This document shows positions 1 through 13,189 of a stretch of 64,000 bases of DNA, one piece after another (position 1 is the first letter of the stretch; each line of letters starts with the position of its first letter). The stretch lies in assembly GCA_028023455.1 (NCBI GenBank), contig JAQFVV010000001.1, positions 11,842,001 through 11,906,000 of the forward strand. Direction: 5' to 3'. The position numbers and the translations under genes were made by a program. The DNA comes from Epiperipatus broadwayi (taxonomy: Eukaryota > Animalia > Onychophora). Below the pieces are notes generated by a model. The model saw only the letters and a program-made list of their open reading frames with translations, ran no database searches and was not told the origin of the DNA.

Positions 1-2329
1 TAGGTAAAACAACGTAGGAAAAACACGCAGGCTTCACAAAATGAGGAATTAGCATGTCTCCTCATTAGATCTTTAATTACAAATATGAACAGATACATTT
101 AAAGAATCACTAAACGGTGCCTAAATAAGATTATGTCAATTCCTATTAAAAGTGGTGGCTATTATTACAAAATGCTGCACTAGACTTAGACAAAATATTC
201 ATTGCGACATTATTACTTTAATAAAGTATGTAAATCAGCTCAGGGTTTTAGATTGAATCTAGAAACTAAACATACAAATTTCAATTTAATAGTGAATAAT
301 TACATTATGGGATTCAGAATGGGCTATACAAGATCACCGACACGCTACAATTATAATAACAAGGCACTTTGCGGATAGATTAGAATAGGGGTTTTCGTGA
401 CCAACACCAGTACCCTGGGATCAAGCGTCCTGCTGCTAAACGTCAGGGTGGCTAACACGACTGCCTGGAATTATATGTCAGGTCTTACTTGTGTGCGCCA
501 TGAAAGAAAGTAAGATGGGATGGATTTGCCTGTGATTCCATCTTAAGAAGATGCAGCAAAACGTTAAACATTGAACAAGAATTTAAGATATCTAATCCGC
601 CAAGCGAAGGTATGACATTAATTATTATTACAGAAATACAAGATAGCCTGACCAGTCTTATTATTCTAAGCCAACTCTGATGAACGCTATAATCAAGCAG
701 CACTTGAGGGATAGAGAATATATAATAAAATTCTTGTTTCTAGATTTCAATCTACCCAGATAAATTATTGTTATAAGGGAGAAGAAAGTATATTTGATCA
801 GCTGGCCAAATAATTACTTTCAATGTTAGTAATCCAAATAATAGATATTTTAATAATAGGCACAATATACATTTAGAATTAAATAAGAATTTTATAATAA
901 TGAACGCCAAGCAATTCGTTATTACTAGATATAGGAATTCGAGCCAGCGAGCATGGATTATATCATTGAGAACAGTTGTGTGAAGATATTTGAAATTATG
1001 TCATCGAATATTTATTATGTTTAAATGCTCACTGCTTTGAGGCATTAGCATATAAATACATAATATGAAAATAATAGTAAAGAAAGATTACAGGCACAAC
1101 CACAATGATAGGTAAAGAAATTAGGATAGGTTACATTTAGTTTAATTATGAGATTTATCAAAAGATAGGCAAGTCACACAAGTTATAAAATTATTTAATT
1201 AGCGAGAATTTATGAGATCATTTTATAAGGTTTAGAAAGTTACATCAAGTTATCTTGAGCTAGCTTTAAACTTTTAAATTGGGAGTTTAAATTTATATAA
1301 TTAGTTATCACAGAGCTCTGTGTTATAGGATGGCATTACTGATTAATTGCTGAACTGGAGAGACAGGCGTTTGACTTTCAGGCATTATGGTGGTCTTCTT
1401 GAGCGGGGCGTAGCATCTTCATTATGGAAGTAGACTGTAGCTGGATGATTTTATGTGGCAGCTCTGGTGGTTGAGGGCATCGGTTGGCAGTTGGCACACC
1501 ATTTTTCCGTGGTTTAGAAGCAACCGTCGCCTTTCTTCAGCCAGGCCTTTCAAAGATCAACCTGGCATGGATTATGTAAAGCAACGCTCTTCTAAAAGTA
1601 GTGACTCCATCTCCCAAGCTTAAAATATATTCTATTTATACTTTTGTTTCAAAGCACTTAACTAGAGAAGAATTTATTTCGCCTGAAAACCCATTAACTC
1701 TAAAATATAAAATACTAAGATTTCCTGATTTGATCCCAATAGTTTTGTTTAGATTTCCAAGGCGCCTTAAATTTTCCTCTAGGTGTCAAATAGTGCTACT
1801 CCAGTGATTTTAATGTATACACTTTTGCCGCAACCAAATTTGAGTATAGCAATTATAAGATTTTAAGTTTTGATTTAACCACAGGGACAGTGGTCTTAAT
1901 GCAAATTTGTTTACGGCTAAATTTTTATTTTTAATTAATATAACTAAAAGCTTTTTGCTCTTTTTACAAAATTAAATCACGCCTCTGTATATATATTATT
2001 ATATAAGGTGAATCATAAATCCACATACGAATTTATATTTAATAAACTTAATAAATTGGTATTTCTACTGTTTAAAATTATAACATAAATTATTCCCTTA
2101 TAGAATATAAAATTTAAACTGTTATTTTCGCTGTAACACTTACTAGCCTATGTATGTACAGCGTTTATTCATATGTGCATATATAATGCTGTGCACCCAG
2201 CCATGATAGTAAGGTTTATACGTTTATTTTAGGAAAATGAATATTTTAATAGGATTTTAACCTAGCACAGATGGGTTTGGTTGTTAAACTAAAATGTGCA
2301 ATAGGAAGGGATTGAACCTGACCGTTGCA
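1..2329 (-). mobile_element. Large Ty3/gypsy-type LTR, cut by the window start; related to the LTRs at 8476 and 50479
   Basis: Ends GACCGTTGCA followed by ATAT at 2330-2333. On the minus strand, blocks such as TTCCTA..CA.A.TTTAGTTTAA and CAGAGCTCTGTGAT match the start and middle of the 8476-11382 LTR. No coding capacity seen. Confidence 0.6.
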
Positions 2330-4174
2330 ATATATATTTCATTTTGCAAACTATTGCTTCCTATAATACAATTTGAAATACCATAATATTTTTTTTTTGG
2401 AATTCACATGGGGATACTTTTTACTTAAAATGCATGCAAGATAAATTTTAATTTTAATATTCTCCATAGTGAAAAAAAAAAAAAAATGGATCAAAGATCT
2501 TAATTAATAGCAGAATAACTATGTTTAATTTTTTTTTTTTAAAAAAAAGCTTTAGTAAATTTTGATATCTTGAAATATTAAATTTTCTTTATTTGAATTT
2601 ATATTACAGGCAGATTTAAAAAAAAATTCAATAATTTTTGAAGGTTAAAAAAACTAGTTATTTATTTATTGTTGTCAGTAATGATGAACAGTCATAATGA
2701 ATCTCAAGTAATGGTAATCATAATGAGAATCAGCTTCAACAGAAATTATTTACAATCTGACAAATATCTACCAGAATTTGATGTTTTAAATATTCCAATT
2801 CAAAACTGAGTGTATTAATCTCCTTTACTAACTAGATTCTGAAAACTTATGAATATTCCTAAAAATTTAATGATGGCTAAAATTTTTTTCATTAACACAA
2901 AAAAGAGGATGCATCAAGGGGATTTAAAGTTTCATGAAGCTAATTATTAATCATATTTTCAGCATGTTGAAAGTGAGTATTATATAAATGAACATGAAAT
3001 ATTTCCTTGTTCAAAGTAAAAATTGCTAAAACATATTTCCTAGATGTTATCAACATGAATTATGTTTATTCTAAAATCAAGAAAAAATAAATATTAACCC
3101 TACTGTGATTTTTCATGGAAGGAAAATTAAGAATGAAGAATTATGCTATATCAAGCTCTAACTAGATGTACAATTATCATTACACTGCTCAAAACAAACT
3201 ACATGGATTTCATTTAACAATAAGGGATCCATAAATATCTGGAAAAAAAAATTATTCAAATCTTTTTAATTTAATAAATTATATTGAAATAGGACGATGA
3301 TTGTTAAAATAAGCTTTCCTTTAAACTCTTTTAATATATGTGTAGTATAATGGCTACTCCAATACCTTTCCAAAAAAAAAAAAATCCACAAATCTTCCTC
3401 TTTAGAATACATCATGACACTGTTTTAAAATGCCATTCTGCCATTAATGTCTCTTCTCTTAGCATCCAGTTATGATTTAAATTCCAATCAATTTCATTTT
3501 AGACTTCAAAGTCAATGTTTCATAATAATAATAATAATAATAATAAAAGCAAGACACACATAAAAAACATTTATTTTTAAGCATTCAAAGAGTTTTTGAT
3601 GTTGTTCATTTACAATATTTTTATTTTTTCTATTTAGTTATATACCAATAAATTTAGCCTGAACACAATTATCTTGAGGTCAAACATTTTCCAATCTATA
3701 TCTTTAAAATCTTGTATCAAAGTCACAAAATATAATTTGTTAGTTTTCAAAACATTTTTCAATTTTTTGAACTTTCAAGACATTAATTGCAAATGATACG
3801 TAAATATATTCAAAGCTTTCATATTATCAAAAAAACAAAAGCAACAACAACAAAAAAAACCAATAGAAAATAAACACAATACTAGTCTTAATTACATCTT
3901 TGGGTTATCATTTATGACTGCATTTGCACATTTAAGAAAATATAAACTTTCCTTCTATCTCCTACATAAAACTTTAGAAATCATTTGTATTATTACAGTG
4001 GTAGGAGTAGACATGAAAGTTATATAATCTTTATAAATTCTATTACTTAATTCTGTATACTATTTTCGTAAGATATTTAAATGTTATTTTTTTTGTGTGT
4101 ATCACTAATTTTAAATAAATCAACAAATTATTTGCTTCTTTTTGAACTTGCAACAATTTTTTATTGTATTTTAT

Positions 4175-4400
4175 ACTTTTGAAGAAGACTGCTGAATAGT
4201 GAAACTATCAGAAACATCTTAGCATTAACAAAAAACATTGTTAAAAAATGAGCTTTTATCTTTCAAATCTTTTCAATTTTTGTGTTAACTTTAGCAAAGA
4301 CACTATCAGAAACATCTTAGCATTAACAAAAAACATTGTTAAAAAATGATCTTTTTATCTTTCACATCTTTTCAATTTTTGTGTTAACTTTAGCAAAGAC
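4175..4400 (+). mobile_element. Probable Penelope-like pseudo-LTR remnant with degenerate hammerhead-like motif and ~95-bp tandem duplication
   Basis: TTGAAGA-AGACTGCTGAATAGT-GAAACTATC resembles the motif at 24095. The segment starting ACTATCAGAAACATCTTAGC is directly duplicated at ~4203 and ~4303. Confidence 0.4.
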
Positions 4401-7177
4401 ATTTTTCCTAACAAACAAACTTGAAATTTTCAGTATTCACTTATCTACTCAAATAATTGCTCAAAGGATTTTTTTATGAATTTAAAAGAAGAAATTTTGG
4501 TGTTAGTTTACTTTTAAATAAGAACTTCTATATTTCCATTAAAACATATACATTAATAGTTTTAATAATAATAAAAAATCAAATGATTTATTATTGTTCT
4601 TCAATTCTTGAGAAGTTTGAGCACTGAAAGTCACAAAATCAAGTCACAATCTATGATGTTAGCTCTAGTCTATCACTTTATACCACCACAAAACCATGCA
4701 ATCCAATATTCCTAATGAATATTATCAACTTGTCACCCATAAATTCTTTTTTATTATTATTGTTGCTAATTGTTCTCATTAAGTATATTTTCAGTCTGAA
4801 GAATTAACTTAAGCAAAAGATTTTAAGAATTAAAATTTTGAAAATAATTCATTAAGTAAAGATTGAATGTATACATTGAAGATGCTAATATCCAAAAACA
4901 ATTAAATATCAGAATTAAAACATAAAAATGTTAAGGATGAAGAGTTAAAGAATTGGTTTCTGTTTAAAAATATTATGAAAAATTATTTATTCCATAAATG
5001 AACAAATAATTCAATTAGAGAAAAAGTTCAATCAAAACTGACTTACTGATAAAATAATAAATACAATGAAGCCATTGCACTTGTTGTATCAACATCCACT
5101 ACTTCATTTATATATGCAAAAAAAATAATAATAAATAAAAACCTTAAAATTTGTACATTAGAAAAATGTAAATTTTATGCTTATATATATTGTTTTCTGA
5201 TAGGCACAGCTAATTTCTTGTTTTACAATAAGTTTCACACACTTATATCAAATAAGTTTTTTTTCCCCTAAAAAAATTAAAAATTTCACTTGAAATGATT
5301 TCCATAAAGCTAATTAATGATCAAAGCATTTTGTCAAGCTTTTTAAAAAACAACAACATTAAGCTCTTTAAATGTTAAAATAAAAATTATTAATTTAAGA
5401 GAAAAAAAAGTATTCTCAAGATTGCCATTTGTATTAATAAAGATTCATTCACTTATTAAATAAGGAAATGATAAAAATAAATGCAGGGAATTTAAAAAAA
5501 AAAAAATCATTGAACAAAAAGGTTACAGTAAGTTTTTAAAGGGACCATGGACACATACATACACACCAACCCTTGTGTTTTCAATTAATTATTTCAATGA
5601 CTTTTTCATATGTGTGCTATAATTTTTAAATTAAGTTATATTTTAGGTATATTTAAGAGTGAGCTACTATTTGCTAATTTACATTATTCACTGGGGACTT
5701 GGAACAAAATATAGTGAATATTCCCACTATAATTAATTATTCTAACATACATAATATAGAAATATTTACAAATGGCAGAATGTTTTACTCTTCTTGTTAG
5801 AGGCATAAAAATATTATTTCAAAATATATGCAACCAAAATTATTTATTTTTAATAATGTGCATATCTTTTTTAGCAAGTAACTGAAAGAAAATTTAAAAA
5901 TCATCCAGCAGTTCAATTATAAATAGCTGAATATTTCAATCTCCAATATGCGGCTTCCCTTCATTTTTTATGGATAAATATTTAGTTTTCTGATGTCAAA
6001 AAATAGTTTATAAATAAATATTTAATTCTACAATTAGAATTATAATTTTTTAATAATTTACATCTGGCATTCAGAATCAAATCATTATTGGGTTAGTTCA
6101 TTGTAATCATTTTTGATATATGAGTATATTTCTGAAAATAGTGAAATCTTAATTTATCATTCCTATATATTTGTTTTGTTTTTTTTTTTTACTACTATTA
6201 TGTGATTTTCCCCCTATAGATCCATTATTTCTCAATCACTTATGACATAGATTGGTAATAAACTATTTTCCTGATTAACACTACAAAGTTTTTATAAAAA
6301 AAAAAATTGAGATTATGCACAATACATTCATTCTTCACTCTCAATTCTTTTCTTTGGACTACATGAAAAATTAAAACACTGTTGAGAAGAGTATTTCATC
6401 AAAATTGATTATGGTACTCACTTTCAAAAGTTTTAATTCACTGTGAACACATTTGCAACTACTCATGAACATCAGTTTTAACCATTACCCTTGTTTATTA
6501 TATTAAGTAAAAACAGAAAGAAGAGATAGTGAATATAAAATTAACCCAAACTTTGCATTCATGAAACACTAAAAAAGGTTAGTATTCTAGTAGATGCAAA
6601 GCATGTTTTACATATGTAATGAGAACAACAATCATAGAAGTATTCAGCTTTGCAAAAAATACACATTGAATTAAGTGTAATTTGCCCAAAACAAATATCA
6701 TTCAAATTTTTTTTCTATAAAGTAGCTCTTAAGATATAAAAAAAATCTTAAATGATGATTTTATAAATCCTTTGATTGTTTTGTTAATTATCAAATAAAA
6801 CCAAGATTAACTACAAAACTAAAATGTAAAACATCTAATCATTATATATTTTAAATCAATATTTATCCAAATACACAGATGTTTTGTAAATAATAGAAGT
6901 AAAATTTAAATTATAAAATCTGAGTTGAACTTTACATATACTTCAATGAATAATCTTTAAATTGTTCTATATTATTTTTTAATGGGCTTTTAGAATTATC
7001 ATTTACTCTATTCTTTGAAAAACATATAGATCTACATTTCACTAAATTTAGTTTTTCTGATGCATAGCTTATTCCCTAATTTAACATGCTGATTATATAT
7101 ACCCATTTCCAATGACTATCTTAATAAATTAGGAATAAAAAGCAAATTTATAATTACAAAAATCATCACAGAAGCAG

Positions 7178-7259
7178 AACTCTCCATACAATAGTGCCAC
7201 CTCAGTGCAAACTAGAGTAATCAATGGATGCACTGAGTGGCACTACTGTATGGAGGGTT
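7178..7259. repeat. ~82-nt fold-back: ~31-bp imperfect stem, 19-nt loop
   Basis: AACTCTCCATACAATAGTGCCACCTCAGTGCA pairs with TGCACTGAGTGGCACTACTGTATGGAGGGTT. Confidence 0.85.
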
Positions 7260-7419
7260 TTGATTGTATAAACAACTTGTGTAAGCATAAAGAATGGGGA
7301 TCATGTGATGGTTTAATACAAAAAATAATCATTGATATTTTTAAAAATGAGTAAAAAAAAAGAAAAATTTTAAATGCAGTACTGCAGTATAATAAATGGA
7401 GAAAAAAAAAAAAGTATTA

Positions 7420-8475
7420 ACGTAATGATAACATACTTGAAATTTTATTATAACATCTGAATTGCCAAGACCTTTAATTAAAAATGTGAGACATATAAAG
7501 GCAAAAAACTCCAGGAAATGATGGAATTATCAATATCTTAAAAAAAGCAGGTGAAAAAATAGAACAATTGTTTGCAAAACTATACACCAAATATCTAAAT
7601 GCTAAAGATGCAACAGATAAATGGAAGAATGCAATAGTGGTATTTTAAAAAGGCAATTAAGATAATAGAAATTGCAAACCTATCAGATTTTTATGATTTT
7701 ATGTAAAATCTTCATCAAGACAATTACAACATATATGCAGCTAACTTTGTATACAAATCAACCTAAAGACCAAGTTGGATTTAAAAATAGTTTTAGCTCA
7801 GTAAACTATATCCAAATGTAAAGAAGTTACAACCCCCTCCCTCCTATGAAGTCATCTGATTTTATAAGTATTTCCATAGTGATTTAAATTATGGACCAGC
7901 AACTTACAGTAATTATTTTATGATTAAAATGGGAAAATAAGTGGATCTTATTCAAATCATCTAGATTTTACAGATGAAGTGGTTGTTTTTTAAATAATCT
8001 TTCGGAATTACAAAAAAAAATGTTGCAGGAATTATCAGAAAAAAGTAAAAAAATAGAACAGAAAATAAATGCTAAAAAATACAAAATGTTGTTCAATGGA
8101 TTTTCTCAGAAAAAAAAAAAAAAAAAGATTTTATAATGAATTTGAATAAGTTAACAATTATTAATACAAATGAAAATATAATGGATATGATTAATCATAG
8201 AATTAAACTTGGATGAAATACTTCTGATAAAAATAATTTAATATTAAAAGGAAATATCCTTATGTATTTGAAAAGAAAACATTTAAAGTTCTTACATATG
8301 GATTTGAGAATCTCAATACTTAAGAAAATGAATAAAAAAACTAACAGATATTGATAACATTGAAAATATTTAGGAGACTGAAATGAAGCTGCCATGGATA
8401 TATTGCTTGAAGATATGATAATAAATGAATCATTGAAGTCTTAAATTGAATTCCAAGAAATTGTAAGATGCATAT
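7420..8475 (+). mobile_element. Degraded RTE-clade LINE (RT region), interrupted by an LTR; continues at 11383-11520
   Basis: Colinear with the 13190-14700 RTE (CCAGGAAATGATGGAATT = PGNDGI; CATCTAGATTTTACAGATG, a decayed HLRFADD). The sequence after 11382 (AAATGGATAGATAAAATAAGG...) resumes alignment with the 3' end of the other copy. Confidence 0.8.
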
Positions 8476-11382
8476 GCAGCTCTTCGTTTCACCTTTTCTC
8501 ACATCTTTCCTACCCTCATACTTTAGTTTAAACCCCAGTGTATCGTAGTGTGTCTGCAATGCGCTTATATGCTGAAAATCCCGCCCAATTTTAAACGAGT
8601 ACAACACACGTGTTATATATATTTGTTTCTAATTCCCAGTATAACTAAATAGTGTAAATTATGTGTATGTACACGTAAACGATATTTGTTTAAAAAGTAG
8701 GTTATATAGGTCGTAATTGCGCACATACTGTGATATATTTATTTTCAAAACCTAAGTTAAAATAATATTTTGTTGTTTAAAATTATTTGTTTAAATCTAG
8801 TTATAAAAAGATATTACATTCGTAATATTTGTTTTAGTTTAAAATAAAATTATATTCGTTCCATAAGTAGATTTAAACATTGAAAATTAAAAGTAAAATA
8901 ATTTTGTTTTTAGATTTTAAAATCACGCCACATATTTTCCATTTAAAATAAATGAGGGTTGGTAAGAAACAATAGTTTAATTAATATGTTCTAGTAGCTT
9001 ATCTAGAAATACAGCAGATGTCCACGTAAGGTAGTTTTTAATTAGCAAAAGTCTTTTTTATGAAATCAAAGTTTTAATCCGAATGTCTACAGGATAGTTA
9101 ACAATAGAAAAGTAATTAAAATTTTGTTGAATTCCTTTGGACGTTTGGATGGATTTTGATTGCAGCTTGATAAGATAGCAAAATTTTGGTATTTTTGTTA
9201 CGCTCCAGGGCAGTTCTATTGTACAGCTTGGATATATATAGAGGGATTTTTCTTTTGTTTGGGCTTTCAGCATTTTGATTTTATTGATTGATTTTCTGAT
9301 TCTCATTCTAGTTCTAGATTATTGTATTCAAGTCTTAGACTTCTGACAGTAGGCAAGTAGCCTGCAAAGTTTTATTTTAAAGTCAAGAGTTCGTATTCAA
9401 TTAGAGCAACAGTATTCAAATATTGCATTTAAAGTGTTCTTTAATAAGTTTAAATTTGCTGAGAGTTTAAACTGAAATCTTAAAATGACTGAGTAGAGCC
9501 GGCAAGAGGGCTATTTTCCTTTCAGAAATGGCCAACCGCTGCACCATACCATCTGATGCCTTCATGTAAGAATCCCTAAAAACTGCCACCGTTGCTAAAA
9601 TGTGAACTGTTAACCGGAATTTTCTGCCAAATTCTTATGAGTGCTGCTACCATCAAGCTGGAAAAGTCTCCACCTGAAATTATCTTCAAATGCCTACTTC
9701 TGACAAGGCAACCCAAATTAACCCAAGAGCTCCTGTGATCGTATATTCCTATTACTAAGCTATAGCTAATTCAATTGTTTCTATTTTGCTTTACCTTATA
9801 ATTTTGTTTTATTTCTTTAAATGCTGTAATTTAATTAGTGTGTTCTATCTCTATCCTTGGGTTAATATTTTGTATTTATTAATCTATTTTTCTTTTAAGT
9901 GTGCTAGCATAGCCATTGATCGAGCGAATTACTCCCTTTTATTTAAATCAAAATTCTGTCCCATTTTATTATCTCGTTGGATCGCTTGCTCGAGGGTTAT
10001 CTTACTATTATTCCATTATTTAATGATTTTGCAGTTAAATCCACATGTTTATTGGATTTTAACATAATATGATAATATGTGCGAGGTCAATGAGTAAATA
10101 TTTAACAAATGCATGATTGCGTAATTAACTTATACATTTTCTTTTAAAACTCCGCAAACATGCATTCTCCCACTTTAAAAATGTTTTATTGTTTTGCTTA
10201 ATTTCTAAAGCTTATAATTTTAAGGTCGAGAATGGGTGGACTTTCTTAAAATAAATATTTGGGGAATTGATTAGATGCTTTATTAAACTTAATGAATCCT
10301 TTATAAAATATTTTATATACTTTATTCGAGTGTTGCTAGTAGGTGTATCGGGTGTTGAGACCGTTTTGCTCTTCCAAAGGGCTTTAAACAGCTAAGACCG
10401 TTTCTCCTTCACTTTCTGCGGTTCCCAGTTAGAGTGTGTACTTGAATTGTCACACCTGGGAATTTTACGCCATTGTCGCACAGTCACTAAGTGTTTGAAT
10501 GAGTCCAGACTTGGGCTGCCACATGACACCACGTCCTACGGATTTAGGGCAAGATGCCTTCCTGTATTTTATTTACTTATTTGTTATTTAATTATTTATT
10601 TTGCAAAGCTCCGTGATTTAAATGTATCACACCTCTATCCTTTACAGAAATTCCTCACTAGCACCACCAACCTCACAATATGAATTTCATTATTTCTATG
10701 AATATGCATGCCTTAATCACATCCCCACCTTATAGCTTAACAAGCATCAGTCCATTCTATTCTCGAATTCAAGATGTTATATTAAACTTTACTGTCGTCA
10801 AACCCTTTTATTCAATTATTTCTGATATTTACTTAAAACACCTTGCATATCTTCATAAACTTTCTTAGGCACATTATCATAGTATTATTATATTAGCCTG
10901 AGGTATAAAGAATGCATTAACAACCTATAAATGTAAATTTTAATTAATATTGTTTTAAAACACAATCTTAGTAAACGTCGCTGTCTAACATATGCAGACA
11001 ATGGGCGTATTATATATATTTTGATAGTTTAATAAATCTTTTAAATTTACTAACTTTGATTCTTTATTTTCTTGATCCATATCACTGTCTCGGTCTATAT
11101 CTTTTATACATCTCTTTTGTGCCATCCATAGATGTTTAGTTAGCAAACCCAAGCTTATTAGTATAATATAGTCTCTTAGTTTCTCCCTGATCACCGGCAC
11201 CGGTTAAAAGGTTATATTATTAGTAGCATCAGATGCGTTATCACATAGGTGGTGCTGTGGAATTTAGACTTAGATTCGAAGCTAGGATATCCAGAAGGCA
11301 ACCCCTCCTAGAATGTTCAGTTTCGTGTTTGGGGTTTGAATTCTGCAGTGTGTTAGCGAGATAGACGAATCTGACCGTTACA
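8476..11382 (+). mobile_element. Solo LTR (~2.9 kb), Ty3/gypsy-type
   Basis: Ends GACCGTTACA, flanked by ATAT at 8472-8475 and 11383-11386. Shares blocks with the reverse complement of 50479-53074 (GAGTAGA..CTATTTTCC..ATGG.CAA; TGCAGAATTC; GCATCTGATGC). Confidence 0.7.
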
Positions 11383-13189
11383 ATATGAAATGGATAGATA
11401 AAATAAGGATTTCTGCTGGTATTATGTGAAAAAGAGAGACTACTGGATTAAAGAAAGACTTCTCCTTGCAAAAGATCGATAATATTTGAAAATGATGGTG
11501 CTGTAGTAGTAAATGACTAGCCTTCTGCCTAAAGTGACAATAAAAAATCATAAACAATTACAAAAGTAATAACAGTTTTAATCACAGTTATGAGCAAGCA
11601 TAAGAAATGGTTATCATGTGATATTTAGTGGTTTAATTACAAAAGTAGTTTTATTTCATTAAGAAGTAAAAAAAATAAAATAATTAGATTGATTTTATGA
11701 TGATAAATAAATGAAAATTAGCCTTTTAAAATCTTTACCAAAAAAAAAAAAAAATACATAAAAGAAATAACATAAGGCATATAAATTATTTCCATTTCCA
11801 ACTTAATACAGTTAAATCATAAAATTACAAGAAAAAATAATTTTAAATTTTGAAAAGATCAATAATTTATACAATATCCCATTGTCATATAACTTAGTTC
11901 AAAATGATAATTCTTCAATTCTTCTTTGTTAATACATTAGCTAATTAATTCAGTCTAATAATAATAGTTCAAGTGCTATGATATAATGGAAGCCTTTATT
12001 TTAATTAATTGCAAGATTTATTATAATTAATAAATAATAATTTGCATGTCATTTTTTCATTGTTTAGAAATTAATTTAAATAATGCGAATGCTTAACTGA
12101 AATAGAAAATTATGATCTATTATAAAAAAGACTGAAAAATAAGACTTGTAAAGTAAATGTGAGTAATGAATAGTAAACAACAAATTTATTATATTTACTT
12201 TTTATTTTTTTACATAATTTATTTTTTTTGGCTCGCATAACACAGAAGAATTATGGTACAGTAAAATATAATATTGCAACTTAAATGAGAACAATTTAAT
12301 AAACAATAATAATAAAATAAGATTTTGTCTCGGTACATATTTTAATTTTTTATATGTAATTTTTAGTATAAAATGATTTTGATTACTATTGTCAAGTATG
12401 TTACTGCTTGTTAGTGAATCATTCACTGACAGAAAATTTTAATTTTATTTTTTATAATTTAAGAAATGTAATTAAAATAAACCAATTTATTAGTGTATAT
12501 ACATTGGGAATATGCAGAGACATGGATTATAAATCATTAAAATATTTTAAATGATATTAAACTAATATAGAGAAAGCAATAAAAGATTATTTTGTTGCAA
12601 AAGACATATTTGAAAATATATTTGAGCGGCATATATTAATTTTCAATATCCATTGTATATTTAAGAAACACACATCCATTATTTTTGGAACTGTAGCTGA
12701 TTAACATCTATCATTAACAAATCATCGTTTTGAAAAATATAAAAATATTATTTATTTGAGTAAACACACATATAATAATTTGTTCATTATTGAATAATGT
12801 GCTGATAATAAAATTTTCATAAATTCTAAAAATAAAAAAAAATAAAAAAGTTTATTGTTCAAGAGCTCATAAAAAGTCTGAACATTGAAAGTGAGTACAG
12901 AAGATGTGATGCACAGATTTTAAGCTCAAGTCTAACACTCCATCATTGCACTGTAATTCCTTCTTTTCTTCATATAAGGAATCATATATATGTATATTTT
13001 AATTTATTTATGTCCTACATGCGTTAGTGCAATGATATTAGAAGAGAAATATGAAAATTTTTCAAAATGATCCATTGAGAAGAATTGAATATCTAGTTTT
13101 ATAAAATTGTATGAAAAAAAAATAATAACTATATTAAGAAAATATAATTGTGAATTGGTAAAAAAAACTATAGAAGACAAAAAAAGATG

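Noticed and set aside
485-12426. Short ORFs of 60-93 aa in this interval
   Set aside because: Low-complexity I/L/F/Y/K-rich translations expected by chance in very AT-rich DNA, many inside LTRs.
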